A stretch of DNA of 64,000 bases from contig CAVJFO010000003.1 in NCBI GenBank assembly GCA_963648925.1, forward strand, positions 58,304-122,303. Direction: 5' to 3'. Shown piece after piece: positions 17,701 to 25,023 of this stretch. The position numbers and the translations under genes are program-made. Every line of letters begins with the position of its first letter. The first letter of the stretch is position 1. This DNA is from Hallerella sp. (GTDB lineage Bacteria > Bacillota_I > Bacilli_A > RFN20 > CAG-826). The notes beneath the pieces were generated by a model, which was not told the DNA's origin, did no database searches, and worked only from the letters and a program-made list of their open reading frames with translations.

Positions 17701-18226
17701 TCTTGCATATTGTTCTTTATCAAACGGACAAATAACGATTAAGGAAGAATATTTTGCAACTTTAAGAGAAAAGAAAATCTATAAAATTTCTCTTAACGGA
17801 TATTCTGAATCTTATGAAATTAACGTTGATGTCAAAGAAATTCCTATCATCAGTTTCAAAGACAGAACGATTGAGCAAAATGAGAATCTCGTTTACTTTA
17901 TTGGCTCACGTTCAATTAGCAAAATCGAAATTAACGGTAAAGTTTTAAATGATAATCAATATCAAATAAAAGATTATTGTTTAACGATATATTCTGATAA
18001 CTTCGAAATTGGCGATAACGTTCTCAAAATTGATGATGAAGAGGTTAATATCAAGGTTAATGGCGAAGTTGTTACCAAAGAAGAACCAGTTAATAACCTT
18101 AATAATCAGCAAGAAAAAGAAGAAAGCAATACGCCAAAAATAATTTATTGGGCAATTTGCATTCCTTCTATTGCCTTTGTTCTTGCATTTATCGGACTTC
18201 ATAAAAAGAAAGGGGAAAAATTATGA
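14708..18226 (+). CDS. multidomain extracellular GH32 fructan beta-fructosidase, C-terminal TM anchor (1172 aa)
   Basis: Signal peptide and a ConA/LamG-like N-domain. GH32 blocks are HWNNDPNGLVYYNGYYHLYFQ, FRDPKVF and ECVDVF. Also a Big_2-like segment, a second LamG-like domain, and a C-terminal helix IIYWAICIPSIAFVLAFIGL plus KKKGEK. Confidence 0.9.
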   Translation: MKTLFGLLFFAVSLSSLAEASSLESSSSIEVESLSNGFALSKSEKSATESFVYTGFLNFESGQAGGLVFGAKENEHYFVFNMDRYENKVKLLYFSYSDGDLNAKELLSDYFIGNDKMTQSEKNMVEPKLRNLDQVNLKVILTYENEKAYVECFADGIKRFGTDSTYDLNALEEGITYTGGKLGINVFAGKVSLSDISIGKSDYSYYSELYRNQYHFSQYAHWNNDPNGLVYYNGYYHLYFQTHPFSKYWSDMYWGHARSKDLLHWENLPICLFPDDGNMDAGSGDGYMWSGCSIVYHKGDSALIDSEAWFGEASSGLIAYLTRDGSASQDQLIVSSDDGGMSWTKRNIIPQSIIGISDHKVDFRDPKVFPLLKDGDKTTLWGMSVSSMGLNKVYFLESNDLINWKFSSSFDFKSPECVDVFTLTNGEESKDVITISGRDYLFGKLSYTDRIVFKNEDNIDISTLSYSEMNSSKMDYGPDSYATQSFYIDDDSSEYYGKTVSISWFSGVPGDSRSVDSGSFGAVRHPWNGGGMTIPVIYSFDEENGKSSLKETPVTLGNEKLTKTNVISETSLSFDPKTSENPLKDVNSHIIELSATIDNPNGADVAFKIDLSSKEYLEIGWNKNDGYYVDRSNLTSAGISFSNYNEKYASKVIGDETKQSFYVLSDNGGVEVFANDFKTPFYVLTLASPYSTKADFISSDEITFESLEVNEISSTYRENTVDGEGIIYLSETNLDLDLDLHKKETLRAYCSSNEDVNFEIVEGEDAISLEIDGNEATINAKEAGQAIIKAYCGSIEKTCEVNVHSSSSLEVPFSQDGVKAGSFYQDGETIVGRNDTGDGYILSSKKGEDFIYQAKLDLSEATAGALIIKANENLSRYIIVNYDKNLNACKAWSNKRELSYINVNVDDLSSINLSTKTEGNSLTIYLDGKELTTVTLDDDEKEEGYFGLNVFQGKARFSSISVSNFDYEYLGGDLLIEVKTLSQLKSVTNITNKNTNIPLAYCSLSNGQITIKEEYFATLREKKIYKISLNGYSESYEINVDVKEIPIISFKDRTIEQNENLVYFIGSRSISKIEINGKVLNDNQYQIKDYCLTIYSDNFEIGDNVLKIDDEEVNIKVNGEVVTKEEPVNNLNNQQEKEESNTPKIIYWAICIPSIAFVLAFIGLHKKKGEKL

Positions 18227-19197
18227 CATACACGATTAAGGATGTTGCCAAAGAGGCTGGAGTAGGGCTAGGAACTGCTTCAAGGGTTATCAATAATTCT
18301 GGCAGCGTTTCAAAAAAATCACGCGAAAAAGTCGAAGGAGCCATAAAAAAACTGGGCTATACCGTTAACGCTTCAGGATTAAGACTTCGTTCACAAAAGA
18401 CGGGTTTGATTGCCTTATTAGTTCCGATCATAGAGCACCCATTCTTCGCTAAATTTTGTAATTACGTTGAAAAAGCCGCAGACGAAAAAGGCTACTCGAT
18501 TCTTCTAGTACTTTCTCAGCAAAGAATCGAAAAAGAAAGCCAAATTCTTGGCCAAATCCGTAGAAAAGAAGTTGATGGAGCAATCTTACTTACGCACTTC
18601 AACCACGATATAAGCGATACGGATGGATTAAATATCGTTACAATCGATCGTCACTTAGGAAAAGATATTCCAATAATTACTTCCGATAACTACAAAGCAT
18701 CAAGAAAAGGCGTACGTTATCTCTATGATAAGGGTTGCAAGAGAATAGCATATTTAGGCACTAAAGCCCCAGTATCATCCGAAGTTAACGAACGTTTTAG
18801 GGCCTATCAAGATGAAATAAAAGAATTAGGCTTAGAAGAGATAGCCATAAATGAAGCAATTCTCCATGGTCAAGAAGAATCGCCAATCGATCATTTCTTC
18901 GAGAAATGCAAAGATTTCGACGGAATATTCGTTTCTGGCTATTCAATATCTTTGTCCTTGTATAACGCTTTAATTAAAAGAGGCTATAAAATACCAGATG
19001 ATGTTCAAATCGTCTCTTATGATGGAGACTTCTCTTCAATGATTAGCTCGCCTCACTTCACCTGTCTTGCTCAGCCAATAGAAGAGCTTGCAAGAAAAGC
19101 CGTCGATGTTTTGATTGGAAAAATCGAGGGTGGAAAAATTGAAAATCAAATAACCGAATTACCATGTTCTTTAATAATAGGAGAAACAACTAAATAA
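18223..19197 (+). CDS. LacI-family transcriptional regulator
   Basis: N-terminal HTH TIKDVAKEAGVGLGTASRVINN plus a periplasmic-binding-protein-like sugar-binding core. Confidence 0.92.
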   Translation: MTYTIKDVAKEAGVGLGTASRVINNSGSVSKKSREKVEGAIKKLGYTVNASGLRLRSQKTGLIALLVPIIEHPFFAKFCNYVEKAADEKGYSILLVLSQQRIEKESQILGQIRRKEVDGAILLTHFNHDISDTDGLNIVTIDRHLGKDIPIITSDNYKASRKGVRYLYDKGCKRIAYLGTKAPVSSEVNERFRAYQDEIKELGLEEIAINEAILHGQEESPIDHFFEKCKDFDGIFVSGYSISLSLYNALIKRGYKIPDDVQIVSYDGDFSSMISSPHFTCLAQPIEELARKAVDVLIGKIEGGKIENQITELPCSLIIGETTK

Positions 19198-19209
19198 GGA
19201 GGAATAATT

Positions 19210-20535
19210 ATGAAAATGAGAAAATTTATTGCGTTGCTTTTACCGACATTTTTACTTGCATCATGCGGAGTAGATACGTCAAATGACGGCTCTCTTTCTG
19301 ATAATGGTTTTGGAAACGATTCCGAAAGCATTACTAACAGAAACCTTAAGATTATGTTCCATGTTGATGCCAAATCAGCGGAAGGACAAGCTTACAAAAA
19401 GAGAATTGACGCTTTTAACGCGGCTTATAAGAATGATGGAATAAAGGTTTCCGCCACATATAAAGCAAGAACAACTGGCGCAGGAAGCTATGAAACCGAA
19501 CTTACAAATATGCAATTAGAAGGAACTTTGCCTGATATTGTTACATTCGACGCCCCTAATTGCGCTTCATACGCAGCTAGTGACCTTTTAGTTGATATCA
19601 CCAACGCTCTATCTCAAGAAGAAGTAGATGATTTCCTTACGATCAACAAATATAACGGCAAAATCTATGGCCTTCCTATCCAAGAATCTAGCGCAGGCTT
19701 CTTCTATAACAAGAAGATTTTTGAAGAAGCGGGAATTAATGTTTCTAGTTATACCGCCGAAAATCCTTGGACATTTGATGAATTCAAATCCGTTTGCGCG
19801 TCGCTTAAAAATTCCGGCAAAGTCGTAACTGCAGTCGATATGAGATTAGACGCAACCAAAGACGAAACGGCAACTTATATGCTTTACCCGTTTATTTATG
19901 CAACTGGTGGAGATTACGTTTCTGCTGACGGCTTTACCGCTACCAACCATTTTAATTCCGCTAACACGCAAAAGGGTTTTGAATTCTTGAAATCACTTGT
20001 AACAGACGGATATACTTCATATTCAATCGGTTCAACGGATTTCTTTGACGGAAAGGTTGGGATGTATCTTTCTAGCGGATGGACAATCCCTGATTTAGAC
20101 AACAAATATCCTACAACCTTCCCTGATCGTGATTCTTGGGGCCTCCTTCCATACCCAAAAGAAACTCAAGCAGCTAGTGCTACAGGCTCATGGTGTTTTG
20201 GAATTACAAATAATGGCGTTTCCGATAAGAGAGCCGCTGCCTTGCTTTTAAAATTCCTCACCTCGGCTGAATCAAGCAAAGTTATAACTGATGCAACCGG
20301 CATGGTTCCAGCAAGAAAATCAGTTGAAACAGAATATGCTGACACCGATCCAGAAAAGCTTTTGATTAAACAACTCGCTTTAAGCGGCAAAGAACGCCCA
20401 GCAACAGTTGGATATCCTAAATTTTCTGAATGTTTCCGCCAAGTCATCTCTGAGATGAAGAGCGGAGGCATCAAAGAAATTCTCGATAGCAAGGCGAGAA
20501 TCCTTCAAAGTGAATTAGACAAATTAAGCAAATAA
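19210..20535 (+). CDS. ABC sugar-binding lipoprotein (family 1 SBP)
   Basis: Lipobox LLASCG, SBP_bac_1-like sequence, strong SD aaggagg. Confidence 0.88.
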   Translation: MKMRKFIALLLPTFLLASCGVDTSNDGSLSDNGFGNDSESITNRNLKIMFHVDAKSAEGQAYKKRIDAFNAAYKNDGIKVSATYKARTTGAGSYETELTNMQLEGTLPDIVTFDAPNCASYAASDLLVDITNALSQEEVDDFLTINKYNGKIYGLPIQESSAGFFYNKKIFEEAGINVSSYTAENPWTFDEFKSVCASLKNSGKVVTAVDMRLDATKDETATYMLYPFIYATGGDYVSADGFTATNHFNSANTQKGFEFLKSLVTDGYTSYSIGSTDFFDGKVGMYLSSGWTIPDLDNKYPTTFPDRDSWGLLPYPKETQAASATGSWCFGITNNGVSDKRAAALLLKFLTSAESSKVITDATGMVPARKSVETEYADTDPEKLLIKQLALSGKERPATVGYPKFSECFRQVISEMKSGGIKEILDSKARILQSELDKLSK

Positions 20536-20563
20536 AACACACATTTATAAGAAAGGAGGAAAA

Positions 20564-21547
20564 ATGAGCACATTATCAATATCCGCAATCGTTATTTTCA
20601 TCGTTTTTATCCTTATTTATCTTACGGTTGCCATCCTTGATCTTAAAAAAGCAAAGAAGAATAACGTTAAATATCATCGCCAAGAATGCTTAGCGGCTTT
20701 CTTGATGATTTTACCTGCCATTATTTTGGCCTTCTTCTTTGTCCTCCTCCCAATTCTTTATTCTTTGGGCTATTCCTTCACCGACTATTATTTGCTAAAA
20801 CCTAATGATATTCATTTCAATGGTTTTGACAATTTCGTAGCAATTTTCAAGGAAATAGCCGAAAAAGGCATGCTGTATAACGCGATTAAAAACACTTTGA
20901 TTTTCGTCGTTCTTGTCGTGCCTTTACAGATTTGTTTAGCGCTTGGCTTAGCTCTCCTTTGTTCAAAAAAGAAAAGAGGAACGGCAATATTCAAGATATG
21001 TTTCTTTGCCCCAATGATGGTTTCATTAACTGTCACCTCTTACCTTTGGCTTCAAATTCTTTCTCCATCTGAGACCGGTTTGATGAATTCCTTCCTTGGA
21101 TTATTCGGAATTGAAAAGCAAGAATTCTTGCAAGATCCGAATACGGCAATACTTTGGATCGTATTGCTTAGCGCCTGGCAAGGAGCGGGATATCAAATGA
21201 TCATCTTCCTTTCCGCTTTAGGCAACATTCGTTCCGATTTATATGAGGCGGCAAGTCTTGATGGGGCCAATGTGTTTAGCAAATTCTTCCATGTTACGCT
21301 TCCGGGAATCCGCTCAACCTTCATTTATGTTTTGATCACCGTTTTCATTGGCGCATGCCGAATTATGGTTCAGCCAATGTTGATGATCGGATATCAAACA
21401 AACGGGGTTACCATTTCCTACTATATGTATCAAGAGGGTTATTACAACAGATGGGTCGGACTTTCTTCCGCTGTCGCCTTGCTAATGACAATCTTGATCG
21501 GTTCGATAACCTTACTTCAAAGAAAATTATTCGCGGAGAAGAAATAA
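20564..21547 (+). CDS. ABC sugar permease (MalF/MsmF-type)
   Basis: 6+ TM segments and the EAA-type loop YEAASLDGANVFSKFFHVTLP. Confidence 0.9.
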   Translation: MSTLSISAIVIFIVFILIYLTVAILDLKKAKKNNVKYHRQECLAAFLMILPAIILAFFFVLLPILYSLGYSFTDYYLLKPNDIHFNGFDNFVAIFKEIAEKGMLYNAIKNTLIFVVLVVPLQICLALGLALLCSKKKRGTAIFKICFFAPMMVSLTVTSYLWLQILSPSETGLMNSFLGLFGIEKQEFLQDPNTAILWIVLLSAWQGAGYQMIIFLSALGNIRSDLYEAASLDGANVFSKFFHVTLPGIRSTFIYVLITVFIGACRIMVQPMLMIGYQTNGVTISYYMYQEGYYNRWVGLSSAVALLMTILIGSITLLQRKLFAEKK

Positions 21548-21548
21548 T

Positions 21549-22469
21549 ATGAAAAACCTAAATGTCATAACTGAATCAGGCGAAAATATCACAAGAGTAA
21601 AGAAACCTGCAAAACGCTATGTTGGGGATGTGATTTATTACATCGTTTGCATCGCTCTTTCTTTCTTGTTCTTGTTCCCTTTGCTTTATATGTTTGCGGC
21701 CAGCACCAAAAGCGAGGAATCAATCGCTTCAAGCGCAGGGACATTAAGAATGTTCTTGCCGGATTTTTCCTCGACCATGTTTTCTAACTACTCAATTCTA
21801 ATGAAGGATTACGGTATTTGGAAATATGCCTTAAACTCTCTTCTTTATGCGGTAATTGTCATCATTTTAAATGTTCTAGTTAACGGACTTTGCGGATATG
21901 TTCTTGCTAAATTGAGATTTCCAGGAAAAGGTTTCCTCACGTTTATGGTTCTTTTCTTGATTGTAGTTCCGGTAGAAACGTCAATGATTCCTCTTTATTC
22001 AATTGTTAAAGTTATGCTTGGATTAAAAGGAGGACTGTCTTTATTGGCTGTCATTCTTCCTGCCTCAATTTCTATCTACAACATTTTCTTGTTCATGTCT
22101 TTCTTCCAAAGCATCCCTAAGGATTATGAAGAAGCGGCAAGAATTGATGGCGCTAACAGGTTTGATGTATTTTTAAAAGTTATTTTGCCTCTTTCAAAAC
22201 CAATTGTTGCCTCTGTCAGTGTTTTTTCCTTCATCGGAGTTTGGAATGATTATGTTTGGCCGACAATGGTTCTTCCATATGCAGGGGAAGGGGAATGGTC
22301 TTGGTATCCAATTCAAGCGGCGCTTACCTCTATTCAATCAAGCCCTGATATAACAACGGGTCAAATCATGGCCTCATTAGTCGTTACTTCAATCCCGATC
22401 TTCATTATCTATATCGTCGCTCAAAAATACCTCATCAAAGGATTTGGAACGGCCGGTTTAAAAATTTAA
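21549..22469 (+). CDS. ABC sugar permease (MalG/MsmG-type)
   Basis: EAA-type loop EEAARIDGANRFDVFLKVILP and multi-TM topology. Confidence 0.9.
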   Translation: MKNLNVITESGENITRVKKPAKRYVGDVIYYIVCIALSFLFLFPLLYMFAASTKSEESIASSAGTLRMFLPDFSSTMFSNYSILMKDYGIWKYALNSLLYAVIVIILNVLVNGLCGYVLAKLRFPGKGFLTFMVLFLIVVPVETSMIPLYSIVKVMLGLKGGLSLLAVILPASISIYNIFLFMSFFQSIPKDYEEAARIDGANRFDVFLKVILPLSKPIVASVSVFSFIGVWNDYVWPTMVLPYAGEGEWSWYPIQAALTSIQSSPDITTGQIMASLVVTSIPIFIIYIVAQKYLIKGFGTAGLKI

Positions 22470-22478
22470 GGAGAATCT

Positions 22479-25010
22479 ATGCGAAAATATAATAAATTAA
22501 TTCTTCTAGCCTTACCGATGTTTCTTCTTGGGTGTAACGGAAACGATCAGCAAACAAACGATTCTTCCGAAACGAATTCAAGTCAATCGACGGAAATAAA
22601 TAAAGATGAAACTTTACATTTTTCTTTCGAAGACATCGATGAAGATTCGAAAACCACTGAATCCGTAAGCGGAGACACGTATCTTATCAACTACGTTTTC
22701 AATAAATCGAACCAACAAAACCTTTTTAAAGAGGCAAACCTTCCTCTTCAAAAAGAAGGCGTAAGTGGAAAATCCCTCTATATGGATGGGTTTTCAACAA
22801 AAATTTCTTTGCCTAATTATCAAACGCCAAGCTCAGCGATAACTCTTTCTTCTTGGGTTGCCCCGCGTGTTTTTGAAAATCTTAGCGAATACGATTCTTC
22901 TTCGCCTGCAAAAGGCCATTCAAGATTGACAAGCATTTTTAATCAAGGCGATATCGAATTAGCCGAAGGATTTAATTTTGGCTACGGAAGACTTGGGATG
23001 TGGGGAATCCAACTCGCATTACATTCTTATGACAAGGATGAAGATTTTGTCGTTGGTTTTTATGATCCAATCAATTCATTATCCTTATATGAGTGGAATT
23101 TTATCTCTGCCACTTTTGATGGAGATAGAGGATACATTGGCTTGAATTTCAACGGAAAAATGGCTTATGAGGCTATTTTGCCCGATTTAGTTAATTGTCA
23201 AATTATTCCATCTGCCGAACCTTTATATATTGGTTCGTATGTTTCCCCTCTTATTGAATATGGGGTTAACCGCCAAATGGTTGGGGGTTTGCTAGATGAA
23301 GTATCAATCTACGAATGCTCAATTTCTCCGAAAGAGCAAAAAGCTTTGTTTGACAAATATTCCACCAATGGAAACGTTCCAACTTTGGAATATTCAGAAG
23401 TGGCACTAGACAATTCCGTATACTATGGCGATAGGTATCGTCCTCAATATCACGCTCTTCCACCTGCTTTATGGATGAATGAGCCACACTCTCCCTTCTA
23501 TTACAAAGGAAGATATCACGTTTTTTATCAACACAATCCATCAGGACCTTATTGGAGCCAAATTCGCTGGGGACATATCGTAAGCGATGATCTTATTCAT
23601 TGGAATTATCTTAAGGACGCATTAGTTCCTACAAGTGGCGTTTGCCCAGAAGGAGTTTGGACTGGAGGGGCAACTCTTGGGCCAGATGGCACGCCATGGC
23701 TATTGCTTACAGCTGGCACAACAAGCAGCACTTGGTCTGGACAAAATGTCGCTTATGCCCATTGCGTTGACCCAGATGATCCAGATTTAACTGAGTGGAC
23801 AATTGAATCTACCGATATAATCGTTCAGCCAAATAACGACACCCAAGGTGAGAGAGACCAATTTAGAGATCCTTTCATTTGGTATGATGACGGATATTAT
23901 TATTTGCTCGTTTCAACCTCAATTCCAGGCAAGGGCGGATCGGCTAACGTCTACAAGTCAACCGATATGAGAAATTGGGAATATAAAGGATATCTTTACG
24001 AGTGCCCATTTGATAAATACCCTGAGCAAGGCGCGCATTGGGAATGTGTCGTAATGTTGCCAATCACCAATAAAGATAGAACTAAAACTAAATATGTCCT
24101 ATTTGATTGCCCTCAATATACGGTTGATGGTTACACGGTTGATTGCTATTACTGGATTGGATCATTCGATAAAGAGAACTGCCGTTTTATTGCCGATGAT
24201 GACAAACCTCAGTTATTTGACTATGGAAAAGGCATTTTCACCGGTCAAAATGGCTTCTGTTACTTAAACGATGAACAAATTGCTAGTGGCGCTTCATATG
24301 AAGAAGGAAGAACAATTCTTTTTGCCATAGCTCAAGGAAAGAGCGCTGGAACCGAACAAAACAAGGTTTCTGGCTGGGCACATAACTTTGCTATGCCTCT
24401 TGAACTTTCTTTAAGCGACGATGGCAAAAAGATCATTCGTAAGCCAGTTGAAGAAATTTCTTCAATTTACGATACGACTCTTTTCGAAAGTGAAGAAAAT
24501 CTTAATGCCGATGAGCTTAATAACAAAATCGAAAATGTTAGAGGAGATACTCTTAGAATTGATGCTACGTTCAATTTAGATATGACAAGCGATTCATCCG
24601 AGAGTGCATTTTCTATCCGTTACAACCCAACAACAAATGATTTAGGGACCGAAAGAACGAATATCGTTTTTGCTAAGGATGGCGTTCATGTCGATCGTTT
24701 AAATTCTTCTCTTTACGATTATGTCGATAAATCTAACTGCGAGCCTGTCGCCTTAGATTATTCAACATCTCACAAAATGACCATTCTCATGGATCGTTCT
24801 TTAGTTGAAATCTATATTGATGATGTTATTTCCATAACGACAAGAATCTATCCTAAATACAAGGATTCTGACTACTTCCATATTTTTGACAATGGAACAA
24901 ATATCCATTTTTCCTCGGTGAAATTCACTTCAATGAAATCCATATATGAGGAAAATATGACGCCTCCATATTATGAAAATACCGGAAATTTAAAGGATGC
25001 AATCATCTAA
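22479..25010 (+). CDS. surface lipoprotein, LamG-like domain + GH32 catalytic domain (843 aa)
   Basis: Lipobox LLGCNG and a Laminin_G_3-like N-domain. GH32 blocks are WMNEPHSPFYYKGRYHVFYQHNP, FRDPFIW and WECV, plus a GH32 C-terminal sandwich (VDRLN...VEIYIDD). Confidence 0.85.
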   Translation: MRKYNKLILLALPMFLLGCNGNDQQTNDSSETNSSQSTEINKDETLHFSFEDIDEDSKTTESVSGDTYLINYVFNKSNQQNLFKEANLPLQKEGVSGKSLYMDGFSTKISLPNYQTPSSAITLSSWVAPRVFENLSEYDSSSPAKGHSRLTSIFNQGDIELAEGFNFGYGRLGMWGIQLALHSYDKDEDFVVGFYDPINSLSLYEWNFISATFDGDRGYIGLNFNGKMAYEAILPDLVNCQIIPSAEPLYIGSYVSPLIEYGVNRQMVGGLLDEVSIYECSISPKEQKALFDKYSTNGNVPTLEYSEVALDNSVYYGDRYRPQYHALPPALWMNEPHSPFYYKGRYHVFYQHNPSGPYWSQIRWGHIVSDDLIHWNYLKDALVPTSGVCPEGVWTGGATLGPDGTPWLLLTAGTTSSTWSGQNVAYAHCVDPDDPDLTEWTIESTDIIVQPNNDTQGERDQFRDPFIWYDDGYYYLLVSTSIPGKGGSANVYKSTDMRNWEYKGYLYECPFDKYPEQGAHWECVVMLPITNKDRTKTKYVLFDCPQYTVDGYTVDCYYWIGSFDKENCRFIADDDKPQLFDYGKGIFTGQNGFCYLNDEQIASGASYEEGRTILFAIAQGKSAGTEQNKVSGWAHNFAMPLELSLSDDGKKIIRKPVEEISSIYDTTLFESEENLNADELNNKIENVRGDTLRIDATFNLDMTSDSSESAFSIRYNPTTNDLGTERTNIVFAKDGVHVDRLNSSLYDYVDKSNCEPVALDYSTSHKMTILMDRSLVEIYIDDVISITTRIYPKYKDSDYFHIFDNGTNIHFSSVKFTSMKSIYEENMTPPYYENTGNLKDAII

Positions 25011-25023
25011 AGGAGAAAAGAAA

